Source: Octopus vulgaris
Taxonomy: Eukaryota
Length of the DNA: 64,000 bases
Direction: 5' to 3'
Assembly (NCBI GenBank): GCA_951406725.2
Contig: OX597829.1
Location: 1,364,001 to 1,428,000 of the forward strand
A model generated the notes under the pieces. The model saw only the letters and a list, made by a program, of their open reading frames with translations, was not told the origin of the DNA and did not search any database. Each line of letters starts with the position of its first letter. Position 1 is the stretch's first letter. Positions 12,914 through 26,471 of the stretch are shown piece by piece. The translations under genes were made by a program, and so were the position numbers.

Positions 12914-14489
12914 GGGCCAAACTAAATCTCCCATCAGAGACTATTGAAGCAGTGACCAACAATTTAGTTAAGGAAAAGTAGTTCTTTTCAACTGCATCTC
13001 AGCAGAAACGAAGAATGCGGCTTTAATAGCACATGCAGATAAAGAAGATGCGCTGAGATGTATCAGGGACGACATCGACTACATAACGAGGGGCAGACAA
13101 TACGGCACCATTTCGGTGCGTTTTAAGTCAGAAGCTCTCGCTATGAAACACTTAATGTCCCCTTTCAAAACCCCTCTCACATGGAAAAAGAATAGCACGT
13201 GTCCGCATTCCCAAGATTCCAACAGCACTTGATATGTGTTGGCTTCTGGGATGCGTAATCGAGCAAGGGTCAGGTACCGTCCCGAGAGAGGTGACAAAAA
13301 CTGCCAGAGAGAACTGGTCAGGAGTTACACTAGAGATACTTCACCAGATCAGGCCAGAAAACGTAGAAAAAATCCTGGACCGCATCCGTGTCCAAAACGG
13401 GACGGTAATACATATAATCACTGAGGGCAAACAGCCGCATTGTTTCGTTTGAGGGAAACACCCCTTTTGCGAGCCTTCTGCCCTCAACTGATAAAAGGTC
13501 CAAGGGGTCGAACCTGGACATGTCGCTTCCGGCACGTAAGGCTTACAGGGACCGGGTCAACAATTTAGTTAAGCAAAAGTTAAGCAAAAGTCATCAACAA
13601 CTGGTGGTGGGTCACTCTCAAACGAGAGATTAACGTAATATCGATAGGGTTTACCAAAGAAGTAGCGTTAGAAAAAATAACAAGGAGGAGGAGGAGGAGG
13701 AGGAGCTAGCAGCTAAGTTAGACGAGGCTATTTGTAGTGGCATTGCAACCGACGTGCTAGCAGTGAGAATGACATTAAACAGTTTCTTCAATGCGAAACA
13801 TGAAGGTTGCATTTTCAGATCTAAAGTGCGTACTCTAAGAAACGAGGGGACCAAAGATGTTCGATAGGCCCGCGTGGCGGAGGCGCAAATGGTAGGAAAT
13901 CACAATTTGGTCTTTGGCGAACGGAGACGGACAGGAGCTGAACGATTCCAGGCAGATGTGTGAGGATTTTCCCCTGCACTTTGCTCAGTTGTTCGTGGGG
14001 AGTGACAGGTCAGAAACAGTATCGGACTTCAGTCCCTATCTCAACGAATTTCCGCGCCTCTTGAAGGCTGATGCTGAGTACTGTGAAAGGCAGATGGTTT
14101 CAGCCGAAATTCAGGATGCATGAGGCGCAAGTCACCCGGTTCTGTCAGCTGGGGTGTAGTGACGCTGATAAGAAAAGACGAATAAAGAGGGACATAGTAG
14201 ATTACTTCAGGCCTCTAATTCTGCTCAACACAGAGTTTAAGATTTTGGCCAAGGTTAGTGAAGAGGCTGGGGGTTCTCGTCGAGGATTTGATTGGGGTGG
14301 GCGCAAACCTGCGCAATTCCGACCACGTCCATACACGACAACCTCCACCTCATAGAAAGGGTAGGGTGTAAACTTGGCTTCGGTGGAGCTCTGATCAATT
14401 TAGGTCAATCAAAAGCATTCGATCGGATCGACCATCGATACCTGGGGGCTGTCTTCAGCCCCGTCTTCAGTGGTTGGATCGCTGCAATG

Positions 14490-14490
<1 letters not shown>
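12480..14490 (+). mobile_element. Tx1/L1-clade LINE remnant (ORF1 plus partial RT; internally deleted and frameshifted)
   Basis: RT motifs FRPLILLNTEFKILAKV, QTCAIP..SIHDNLHLI and LGQSKAFDRIDHRYL; ORF1-like YITRGRQYGTISVRF and IITEGKQPHCF. Confidence 0.8.
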
Positions 14491-14520
<30 letters not shown>

Positions 14521-14534
14521 GTAGTAGTAGTAGG

Positions 14535-14735
14535 AAGGTAGCACGCCGAACGAAAAGCTTAGTGACATTTCGTTCGTCTTTACGTTCTGAATTTAAATTC
14601 CGCCGAGATCGACTTTCTTTTTCATCCTTTCGGGGGTCGATTAAATAAGTTCCAGCTGACCACTGGAGTCGGTGTAATCGACCTGCCCCCTCCCTCAAAA
14701 TTTCAGGCCTTGTGCCTATAATAGAAAGAATGATT
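14535..14735 (+). mobile_element. SINE family A, older subfamily
   Basis: Core aaattccgccgag.tcgactt..tttcatcctttcggggg tcga; tail aaaatttcaggccttgtgcctataatagaaag then (ATT)n. Confidence 0.85.
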
Positions 14736-14751
14736 ATTATTATTATTATTA

Positions 14752-14834
<83 letters not shown>

Positions 14835-14841
14835 TATTGTT

Positions 14842-14880
<39 letters not shown>

Positions 14881-15949
14881 ACATCATTAAGTAAATCTGA
14901 TATCTAGGTCAGTGGAGTGAGCAATAACCCTCAGTCACCGCTATACCTATTTGTAATTAGGTGACGAGGGATCACTGGAGGCAAAGGACTGTGCCGGACA
15001 AGCAATATTCATCAACAATATTTCTTGCTTGCAGGCCAGCTCTTTTCTCTGCCAACTATGGCTTCGTATATAATTTATTTGGTAGTCCTAAAACACTGTC
15101 CGATTTAAGGTACTCAACTTATCTTGTTTTGGTGCCTTTAGCTGAATTCACTCGGTTCTAATCATTCGGACCAGATACCCGATTCTCTTCTTCGTTTACA
15201 TTGTTTTTTTCCTGCGGTCATCAAGCTTAAGCGTACGTTTATCATTCTCACCAGTTTAAGAAGTCCTTCAACGTCCAAGGGCTCTCCTCTCACGTCTGTT
15301 GATTGACTTATTGAAAGCAAACTTAAGTGGAGTCTTTTTTTTCTTAAAAAAAAAAAAACGAGAGAAATAATAACCGTTTTGTCGTTGGCAGAATTAGTAG
15401 ATTGATTAAAACGTGACGCAGTGATTAAACATAATAAATTATAAAACCGTACAATACCAAATGCAGTACTGTATTTAGGTTTTTAGTAAACAAGCTTGCA
15501 TTTGTTTAGTTTAAGTTTAATAAGTCTTACTCTAGGAAGGGCCGCCTCACGATTATTAAAAGATAGATATATCTTTTCACTTTCTGGGACAATTTCTAGG
15601 GTGATTTTTCAACATTGGGCCGCCAACTTAGTTTTAAGTCCAGCATCAAGTTGACGGCTGTGTATGTTTGAGAGAGAGAGAGAGGAAGAAAGAAAGAAAG
15701 AGGGGGAGAAAAAGAGAGAGAGAGGTTAGTAAAGTGAGGGTAGGTGGAGGACAGTATATGTTTTTCGATTTTTTTTTTTAGGGTTCCATCTCGGACGGCG
15801 TTCGAACTTACAACGTCCTCCAGTTTAACATGTTTACGCAGCTTACGAATGCGTCCACGACTATTTTCGTAGCAGGGATAAATCTGCTTTTGTAAAACAC
15901 TTTCCTTGTCATTATTATTTATACTTTTATTTCTGCTGCTGCAGCCGCT

Positions 15950-16008
15950 ATTGTTGCTGTTGATGACGATGATGATGTTGTTGTTGTTATTGTTATTATT
16001 ATTATTAC

Positions 16009-16048
<40 letters not shown>

Positions 16049-16059
16049 GTTATTATTTT

Positions 16060-16119
<60 letters not shown>

Positions 16120-16120
16120 C

Positions 16121-16186
<66 letters not shown>

Positions 16187-16200
16187 AATGCTACTACTAA
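15950..16200. repeat. Compound trinucleotide microsatellite (GAT/GTT/ATT/ACT/GCT)
   Basis: Directly visible. Confidence 0.95.
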
Positions 16201-16520
16201 CATTGTTACTTACTGTGATCGCGATTATGTTATCAATATCATCGCTGCCATCTCTTTGCAATTCAGACAATAATAAATACGTCGTTTGAAAAGAAGAAAT
16301 AAAAAGATTACTTTTTCCTTTTTCCTTTTCTTCTTTTCTTTTCCATTTATTTTATTTATTTTATTTATTTCTGGGTGGCCGCACGAATAGGATTAGGAAC
16401 AGTGAGAAACAATTGAAGAATTGTGTTTGGTCATTCTCTGGTCAAGTACTGTAAAGTACTGATGGGACACATTTAATGTGATTGCACGTTATCTTCACAG
16501 AAAAGAACATCGAGCTACGC

Positions 16521-16579
<59 letters not shown>

Positions 16580-16979
16580 AGTCTGGCAATAAAAGACAGA
16601 GACAAAGTATGAGGAATGTGTGAGGAAGAGAGTGAGCAGGGGTGGAGTAGGTAAATTGAATTTGCTACAAATTTAGTCGCGAGAAAATCAGATTGGACGC
16701 TGCTAGCAAAGCCAATCGACTATAGATGGCTGCTTGTTTGTTTAAAAACTAAGAAATCAGTTGTGTCGGTCAACGAACAGAGCAGATTAATGGTCTGTCA
16801 CAGCCTATCACTGATTACAAGAAAAACTCTAAGCCTTTTCCCCCAAATCTGATTCATCATGTTGCTTACAGCTCGGTCCGCATTAAATCATACTTCCCCC
16901 TAATACCGCACATTCTAGCAATAGTTCGCTTGCCAACCTCAACTCCTTTACACAACACCACTCTCATTGCTCGACTTCA

Positions 16980-16980
<1 letters not shown>

Positions 16981-17078
<98 letters not shown>

Positions 17079-17094
17079 GTCTGTCTATCTATTT

Positions 17095-17135
<41 letters not shown>

Positions 17136-17146
17136 TTATTTATCTA

Positions 17147-17177
<31 letters not shown>

Positions 17178-17185
17178 ATGTATCA

Positions 17186-17222
<37 letters not shown>

Positions 17223-17247
17223 TATATATATCTGTCTAGCTATCTAT

Positions 17248-17295
<48 letters not shown>

Positions 17296-17299
17296 TTAT

Positions 17300-17377
<78 letters not shown>

Positions 17378-17494
17378 GTCTGTCTATCTGTCTGTTTATC
17401 TGTCTGTTTATCTGTCTATCTCTAATAATCTATCTGCCTACATACATACATACATACATTCGTACCTACGTACATATGTATTTATGTATGCATG

Positions 17495-17528
<34 letters not shown>

Positions 17529-17757
17529 TGTATGTATGTATGTATGTATGTATGTATGTATGTATGTATGTATGTATTTATGTATGTATGTATGTATGCA
17601 TGATTATCTCACCATTTATCTATGTTATCTATCACTCACTCACTCAATTAATCAATCGATCGATCAATTAATCAATTAATCAATCTATTTATCTATCCAT
17701 TTGCCAGTGTGCTGGATCTTTCTATCTCTCTTTCTCTTTCTCTCTCACCATCTCTGA

Positions 17758-17828
<71 letters not shown>

Positions 17829-17861
17829 AAATATGTATGTATATATATATATATACACATA

Positions 17862-17942
<81 letters not shown>

Positions 17943-17950
17943 TAGAAAGA
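16981..17950. repeat. Compound (TATC)n/(TATG)n/(TA)n microsatellite
   Basis: Directly visible. Confidence 0.95.
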
Positions 17951-18282
17951 AAGAGAGAAAGTGAAAGAGGTGATATCACTGCATTTTATATACGTCTATA
18001 TCTGTCCGGTGTTTGTATGTGCGCTTGCATGCGTGTGTATGTGTGAGTGTGTATGTGTAAATGTTGATATGTGTGCATATTGCGTGTGATGGAGCACGTG
18101 TAAATGTATACGATATCTTCGTGTAGATCTATCTTAATAGAAACAACGTTTCCTCATATGATCAATAAAACGCCACCGTATTATCGCTCTTCTTGATTCT
18201 CCTCAACTGTCATTTTGTTTTCAGCATATACATACATAGGTCTGTATGTTTGTGTACGTTTTCAAATTTATATACATGTATA

Positions 18283-18650
18283 GGCGTAGGAGTGGCTGTG
18301 TGGTAAGTAGCTTGCTTACCAACCACATGGTTCCGGGTTCAGTCCCACTGCATGGCGACTTGGGCAAGTTTCTTCTACTATAGCCTCTGGCCGACCAAAG
18401 CCTTGTGAGTAGACGAAAACTGAAAGAAGCCCGACGTATAAATGTATATATATATATGTGTGTGTGTGTGTGTATGTTTGTGTGTCTGTGTTTGTCCCCC
18501 TAGTATTGCTTGACAACCGATGCTGGTGTGTTTACGTCCCCGTAACTTAGCGGTTCTGCAAAAGAGACCGATAGAATAAGTACTAGATTTGCTCGACTAA
18601 AGGCGATGCTCCAGCATGGCCACAGTCAAATGACTGAAACAAGTAAAATA
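18283..18650 (+). mobile_element. SINE family B (CORE-type)
   Basis: ggcgtaggagtggctgtgtggtaag head, ggttcagtccc B box, cttgggcaagt CORE-like motif, tgactgaaacaagtaaaa tail. Confidence 0.9.
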
Positions 18651-18679
18651 GTATGCATGCACACAGACGTAGACATCAG

Positions 18680-18716
<37 letters not shown>

Positions 18717-18911
18717 ATCTATATATTTATGCATATGTGTATGTGTATGTATTTCTTTTTTGTGTAGTTTTAAAAACAACTATTTAATTTTTACTTGAAC
18801 TAATCAATCTATTTAAGCGGAGGGTTAACATATAGTATAAGTTGACACTGAACGGGGACAAACTTCGAAATCACAGTCTACATTTCCCTCCTAAAATAAT
18901 GTATACATGCA

Positions 18912-18961
<50 letters not shown>

Positions 18962-18962
<1 letters not shown>

Positions 18963-19060
18963 TAGCAAAACGCCCCCGTCCAATGGACGGTGCTGAGTTG
19001 TCAAACATTTAAACCAAATTTTCTCAAAACAACTTGTGCGACCGTCCTATAAGCCTCCCC
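18962..19060 (-). mobile_element. Helitron 3' terminus
   Basis: On the minus strand, hairpin ccgtcc-att-ggacgg (18976-18990) lies ~10 nt before CTAG followed by T; 5' extent not determined. Confidence 0.6.
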
Positions 19061-19405
19061 TTTGAGAAACACTGATTTAACCTAAATTTGAGACAAGAAA
19101 TAAAGATAGACTTTTTTCTATTCCAAAGAAAAACGATTTTATTCACACAAATATGCAACCGAAGAGTTTAAAGTACCAGTAACGATAAGGCCGTTGACTG
19201 GGAGAACACAAACATGGTTTATACAGTAAGCTTGGCAGGAAAGAAACGTGCCTTTAAGCAGTACAAAAACAACAAAAAATGGAAGGTGCAGTTATGTACA
19301 GGTTGACGGAAGAAAAGCAGGACAAAAACGATGCATGCAAATGGGTTAGCTGGAGGTAAATCTAGATGGAAATGCATGATGAATTTGAGTACAGAATTTA
19401 TATGA

Positions 19406-19915
<510 letters not shown>

Positions 19916-20135
19916 ATGTATTTACGCGCGTTTGATCTTGAAAGAGCCATTGCTACTTCTGCTGCTCGTACGATTTATGAAGGACATACGATGAGCGTTT
20001 GTTTCATAGCTTGCATGTAATATTTCAAAAGAGTTTCCGAACATAAGATTTCAATAAAAACAGGTTCGAATTACCAAGTGAATCATTGAAAAAAAGAGTA
20101 CCTCAGCAGTATTGCAAGTAGGAAACTTTCATTTA

Positions 20136-20517
20136 TCTCTCTCTATATAAACGGCAGTTTGTCTGTGCGTGTTTCTGTGTGTCTGTTTGCTTGTACCCTC
20201 ACCCTGACCACGGCTTTCAACCGATTCTGATGAAACTTGACACACACATAGCCCAATGTCATAATTCAAAACTAACGCAGCGAAAATTTTGAAAAGTTCC
20301 CCCACTTCTGAAAAAAATCGATAAATTCGACATGGAGTCGAGAATCAGAAACACCAACCGCAAACTGTCTAGGGGACGCAACTCCACCTTTTTTAACTAA
20401 AAAAAATTTACCATCATTTTTTTTCCATTTTTTTGCTATTTTTTGGCTATAACTCTCTAAAAATGCTTTATAGTTATTTCCCTTACAAACCTGAGCAACG
20501 CCGGGCGATACTGCTAG
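20136..20517 (+). mobile_element. Complete non-autonomous Helitron (~380 bp)
   Basis: Starts TC after A, ends CTAG before T (A^T target); subterminal hairpin cctgagcaacgccggg; internal ccgattctgatgaaactt motif common in such elements. Confidence 0.8.
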
Positions 20518-20644
20518 TTATATATAAAAACAATTTCTACATTCCTCTTTGTAGTTTTAAAATCTATCATTTCTCAGTGAATCAACAAATATTTGTATGT
20601 GTGTGTGTGAGTGTGAGTGTGCGTATGTGTGTGTGTATGTGTAT

Positions 20645-20692
<48 letters not shown>

Positions 20693-20893
20693 TTGTTGAT
20701 TTATTATGAATCATCGAATCATTTGATTAAAGTATTTTAGGCCTGACAATTACTCGCTTGAGTAATTATTACTACCAAGGCTTATGCAAGCTATGAAACG
20801 TATGAAGTTTGGATTTTACCAACTCCATTCCCTTATTTTGTATAAGTTGGTTGAGAGATATATAGATAGATAATGCATATGTACATTATACAT

Positions 20894-21064
20894 GGCGTAG
20901 AAGTGGATGTGTGGTAAGTAGCTTGTTTACAAACCACATGGTTCCGGGTTCAGTCCCACTGAGTGGCACCTTGGGTAAGTGTCTTCTACTATAGCCTCGG
21001 GCCGACCAAAGCCTTGTGAGTGGATTTGGTAGACGGAAGCTGAAAGAAGCCCATCGTATATTTG

Positions 21065-21139
<75 letters not shown>

Positions 21140-21357
21140 TTATGTTTGTGTGTCTGTGTTTCTTCCCCCAACATCGCTTGACAACCGATGCTGGTGTGTT
21201 TACGTCCCCGTAACGTAGCGATTCGGCAAAAGATACCGATAGACTAAGTACTAGGCTTACAAAGAATAAGTCCTGGGGGGTCGATTTGCTCGACTTAAGG
21301 TGGTGCTCCAGCATGGCCACAGTCAAATGACTGAAACAAGTAAAAGAGTAAAAGAGT
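20894..21357 (+). mobile_element. SINE family B, full length
   Basis: A and B boxes, CORE-like ccttgggtaagt, internal (TA)n(TG)n, (gtaaaaga)n tail. Confidence 0.9.
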
Positions 21358-21477
21358 ATACATAAATATACAAAAACTTATATACACATACCTACCAACC
21401 TACATACCTACATACATTTATATATATATATATATATACATATACGTAGGGGGTAAACACAAATGGCCTTTAAATTT

Positions 21478-21559
21478 CACTACGGATGTTTCGGCAGAGT
21501 TTTATCTAATGCAGTCATAAAAGCTTACATTATAATATTCAGTCCATCATCATCAGGTA
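21478..21559 (-). ncRNA. Hammerhead-like motif with long loop 2, in a short insert between microsatellites
   Basis: Minus strand reads tac-CTGATGA-tg...cc-GAAAC-atcc-GTA-gtg; stem I only 3 bp. Confidence 0.45.
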
Positions 21560-21597
21560 TAATGTTAAACATCCACTCAGACATTGAGAACATTAGA

Positions 21598-21687
<90 letters not shown>

Positions 21688-22527
21688 ACATAGATATACA
21701 GGTAGATAAATATATATATATATAGCTAGGGGTATAAATATAGATATATATAAGCTAGGGGTTCGACAAAAAGAGTCATAGATAATTATCAGAATTTATA
21801 AATTTAATATAGGGATTCGTTTGCTCGGTTATAGGCTTGTTGCCTTGTAGTAGTTGGTACAGCTTGACCGATGTCCAATGAATAAAAGAAAAGTAAGATT
21901 TCTTTTGAGAAATATTTATATTTAAATAATTCAAGCACAAAAGTATTACAGTCCCTCGCTTCATGAACTGTCACTCCAACTACTTTCTTCTCGAAGAGAG
22001 GATATATGTGTCTTCGATGAGATTTGAACGCGCAAGGTAGAGCGTCGAAACTATATAAGTGTATCTCATTTAGCAAAAGCACTCTAAAATCTCTGCTGCC
22101 AATCAATCATTCGGTCTGAGCCTTTTTAAAATTATTAAACATACACATAGATAGGTCATGATAATTGAGAAACAATTAGCAAGAAAGGAAATTGAAAGCA
22201 TGAAGACGAAACAGTGAATGACAGAAATATTAAAGCCTAGAAGCACCTCTATTGCAAAGACTGCGATATCAAACCAACGAAGCACTGAAGCGACATAAAC
22301 TCGCTCATTAAATGTGTGAATGGTATTGTATTCCGAGTCAGATAACAACCCAAGAATGCGTCAACTTGTCAAGTTTGGCTGTGTGTGGACGTCCTTTTCA
22401 CGTCACTTCCGGAACTCTCAATCAAACTGATCAAAGCGTCTACTTAAAGAATGGCGTCACTACGTCACTTTATCATGACATCTGTCGAGTAACGCTCAAA
22501 TTAACGCCTATTGAATTTGGCAACAAA

Positions 22528-22589
22528 AAGATTTGGAGTGTTTCGAAAAGAGGATCTAGATGGCATTTATGATCTTCATCAGAAATCTT
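22528..22589 (-). ncRNA. Degenerate hammerhead-like motif
   Basis: Minus strand reads aagattt-CTGATGA-agatc...gatc..c-GAAAC-actcc-aaatctt; perfect 7-bp stem I, damaged stem III. Confidence 0.5.
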
Positions 22590-23177
22590 AGATTCGAAAT
22601 GATGAAATGTTAATTTCTTTAAGTTATTAGCATAAAGTTAGTCGATAACAAAAGAAGAATTTTCAGAACTGCAAGCATTCAAGAACTTTAAGACGTTCTC
22701 CTTTCTTAAACAAAAGACAGTAGTAAAATTTTCATCAATTTCTTTCTTTCGTGATTAAAAAAAAAATAACAAGAGCAAGATAAAAAAGATTAAAAAGGTA
22801 GAAAGTAATTTGAATTATATTCCATCAATATTTTCTCTTTCTCTATGCTAAGCGATCAAAATTCACTGATTTAAAACAATGCAATAACCTATCTCACAGA
22901 TCTTAGTATTAAGAATGCATCGAAAATGCATCGAACTTCATGAGGAAGAATATAAAAGAAAATTGAAAGAAAGGAGGAGAGAAAAAGAGAATGAACGAAC
23001 CTTGTAAAATATTTGAAATTTAAATTTTGAATTTAGAAATTTTTTTAATTCTCTTCATTGTCATTAACAATTAAAAATAGAAATAGTCTTGATTATATTT
23101 TTGATTATGCAGACTACTATTGTTGTTGTTGCTGTTTTCTTCTTCTTCTTCTTCTTCTTCTTCTTCTTCTTCTTCTT

Positions 23178-23244
<67 letters not shown>

Positions 23245-23249
23245 TTCTT

Positions 23250-23280
<31 letters not shown>

Positions 23281-23581
23281 TTATAGGTACTGCAGTTGTT
23301 AGATCGTTGGATTGACGTAATCGATAGAGCGTCAAGATGAAATACTTTTGCATTATTTAGTTGCAACTCCTTGCGCTGTCAGTTCGAATTACACTGAAAA
23401 TCACTTTTCATGTATCCGAGGCCGATAAAGTGTCTACCAAGTACTAAAGTCGATGGTATCGACTAACCGGCTCCGTTCACAATTGCTGAACAATTAATGT
23501 TAATGGTCTTGTCGTCGTTGCTGTCGTGGTCGTCGTTATCATTATCATCATTTCGTCCTCAACCTCTTCATTATTATTCTG

Positions 23582-23638
<57 letters not shown>

Positions 23639-23640
<2 letters not shown>

Positions 23641-23845
23641 GGCGGCGAGCTGGCAAAATGGTTTGCATGCTCGGCAAAATGCGTAGCGGAATTTCGCCCG
23701 TCCTTACGTTCTGAGTTCAAATTCTTCTGAGGGCCACTTTGCTTTTCATCCTTTCAGGGTCGAGTGGAATACTAGGAGTTAATGTAATCGACTAGTCCTT
23801 CCTTCAAAATTTCAGGCCTTATGCCTATAACAGAATGGATTATTG
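23639..23845 (+). mobile_element. SINE family A, older subfamily
   Basis: aaggcggcgagctggc head, ctgagttcaaattc B box, caggccttatgcctataac tail. Confidence 0.85.
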
Positions 23846-23857
23846 TAATTATTATTA

Positions 23858-24370
23858 TTTTCTCTTTTTCACAGGTTTTCTTGGAGCTCCCAGAGTCTTC
23901 AAGCTTAGCGTGCGTACTACCTGCAGCCTACGGTACCATGCTGTTTGTTCTTTCCAGCTATCTAATACTTTCCTGATTATTCTGGCCATTTTAATTTGTA
24001 ACAGTTCTACCAGGCATTCTATTCCAATTTCCTTTTTATTCCCCTTGATGCCTTCTGATATTGTTCCCAAAGACCCTACAATAATTGGCACTATCTTCAC
24101 CTTCTTCATTTTCTATAGCCGGGCTTTTTCGTACTTAAGAATGTTGTATCTGTCTATCTTTTCGTCTTTCTTCTTGACTATTCGTGGCTCAAAGAGGCAT
24201 GCAACGTCAACTATATAGCACATGTGGCGCACCTTGTCCACCACCACTAGGTCTGGCCTATACCACCTCTTGCCTCTCTCTAGCCCCCACTTTTCGCACT
24301 GTTTCCAGTGTAGCACTTTCACTACCTGATCGTATCGCCACAACTTATGGTGGTTTGGGGCAAGTCTACG
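23858..24370 (-). mobile_element. R4/Dong LINE 3' fragment with restriction-like endonuclease (RLE) domain, ending in (AAT)n
   Basis: RYDQVVKVLHWKQCEK..RPDLVVVDK..CYIVDVAC..EKIDRY..LKYE..VKIVPIIVGSLG = RHD/PD-(D/E)/K..KY/G.LG RLE signature. Confidence 0.85.
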
Positions 24371-24412
24371 GCATTAAAATAGTATCATCATCATCATCAT
24401 CATTATTATTAT

Positions 24413-24969
24413 TGAGTGACAGAGCAGTGCATACCATCAAAGTGACACTGGAGTAAAATATACGAAGCCCGGTATACCCATCATGACTACTCGTCTGATA
24501 AGGGTACACCAGGCACATGCATCACAACCATATGTGCGCGACATGGTGATCTCATATCAAGATAAACAGCACATGACCTTGCAGGTGGGGCCCAGTTAGA
24601 ATTTTCTTCAAGTCAAGTAACCCATCCCGCTCAAAAGGTCCCTGAATAAGGGTTGTTTAAGGATGTTGAACGAAACACCCATGTTTCCAGAGGTGAATTA
24701 TCCAAATCCCAAAGAATACCTCTCAACACATGGCTATGATGCTCCCCCACTACTTCTGATCGTGATCAGAGATGCTCATATCGTCAGTCACTAAGGGACA
24801 TGCTAAACTGGGTAAGGTCAAACAACTGACAAGCAAATCTGTGGTATTGAGCAGAATATTTGCTGTAGCCCATCTTTTATACCGAGACAAAGCAATGTAC
24901 ATAATAACACTTCCAATCAGTTAAGATCAGAAGTCAATGAGAGCCACTGTCTGGTACAGCAACAGGGCA
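24413..24969 (-). mobile_element. Family D ~555-bp retroposon in (AAT)n
   Basis: Near-identical to 47435-47990, 38326-38757 and 54908-55433; shared end ctctctcactc(aat)n. Confidence 0.85.
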
Positions 24970-24990
24970 TCATCATCATCATCATCATCA

Positions 24991-25066
<76 letters not shown>

Positions 25067-25067
25067 A

Positions 25068-25245
25068 ATGGCAGAATTGTTACGCGCCGGACATAATACC
25101 TAGCGGTGTTTCGTCCGTCTTTACATTCTGAGTTCAGATGCCGCCAGGGTTGACTTTGCCGTTCATCCTTTTAGGGTCAGTCAGTAAAATACATACCCCC
25201 TACCCCGAGCCTGCTAACCATGTACCGAAATTTGTAACAATTATT
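25068..25245 (+). mobile_element. SINE family A, older subfamily, degenerate
   Basis: tggcagaattgtt..tttcgtccgtctttacattctgagttca..gactttgcc.ttcatcctt. Confidence 0.75.
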
Positions 25246-25256
25246 ATTGTGATTAT

Positions 25257-25505
25257 CCACGGACTTTTCCGCGTTAATTTTTGCCCCGGCTCCCGTTGGC
25301 TTTTATGGGTTTTTCCACCAGGAACCTTTCGAAGCGCGCGCCCCGCCCCTATTGGGAGTTTTTCATCGTTAAATATTTTCGTTGTTACACTGTTTTTTAC
25401 ACGGATTTTTGAAACGAACAAAAACCCTTTGTAACTTTCGTCCTGTGTTTTGTCCCTTTACGTTATAATTAATTTTTGTCAGCCCTTGTGGCCAATAAAA
25501 GAATT
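25257..25505 (+). mobile_element. Probable LINE 3' UTR whose end matches the young family A SINE tail
   Basis: Ends tttgtc..agcccttgtggccaataaaagaa, compared with the SINE tail tttagccccttgtgggtaataaagaaa. Confidence 0.5.
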
Positions 25506-26059
25506 AGTTATTGTTATGATAATCAACAGTAACATTAATACCATCACCTCTCCTTTTTACATCCCGATTAAATAAGCTGTAATATGCAGTTTTTACAGGG
25601 TTTTCTTCTAGCTGGGTTAACCAACGTCTCCAGCTGCTGCACATTTTAATAACGTTGGAGTAACGTATTTGAATTTTCTTTTGATCGGCAATTCATTATT
25701 TACTATAAGTTATATCTGTGTTTACATTTACCCAGCATCTATACATTGATTGCTTGTACAACAGCCTTAATGTGGCTTCTGATAACGCTACGTTCAAATT
25801 ATCACGACTTCTATACATTGAATCATGAAGAATACCGAGCTTATTACTTATTATCTGATGGACTGTATTTATGTGAAAGTGTCATTCTTCTATTAAAATT
25901 TTTCTAGAAGGTTAGAGATTCATATGAACACCAGATAGCTTTTCTTCCAGCGATTGAAATTTGATGGTAAAGTATATATAGAGAGAAACTAAACAATAGT
26001 ATTATGCTTCAAGTATAGTTTGTCCGTGAAGACACTATAGACTTAGGGTATTATATTCT

Positions 26060-26471
26060 GGAGCTGGCAGAATCGTTAGCACGCCGGGCGAAATGCTTAG
26101 CGGTATTTCGCCTGCCGTTACGTTGTGAGTTCAAATTCCGCCGAGGTCGACTTTGCCTTTCATTGTTTCGGGGTCGATTAAATAAGTACCAGTTACGTAC
26201 AGGGATCGATATAATCGACTTAATCCGTTTGTCTGTTCTTCTTTGTCCTCTCTGTGTTTAGCTCCTTGTGGGTAATAAAGAAATAGGTATTTCATTCGTC
26301 TTCACGTTCTGAGTTCAAATTCCGCCGAGGTCGACTTTGCCTTTCATCCTTTCGGGGTCGATTAAATAAGTACCATTTACGTACTGGGTTTGATATAATC
26401 GACTTAATCCGTTTGTCTGTCCTTGTTTGTCCTCTCTGCATTTAGCTCCCTGTGGGTAGTAAAGAAATAGG
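26060..26471 (+). mobile_element. SINE family A, young subfamily, head plus 2 tandem 184-bp units, with TSD
   Basis: Unit starts gtattt at 26103 and 26287; direct repeat ggtattatattct at 26047-26059 and 26470-26482. Confidence 0.9.

Noticed and set aside
20228-20240. CTGATGAAAC
   Set aside because: It is part of the Helitron internal motif and lacks hammerhead stems.
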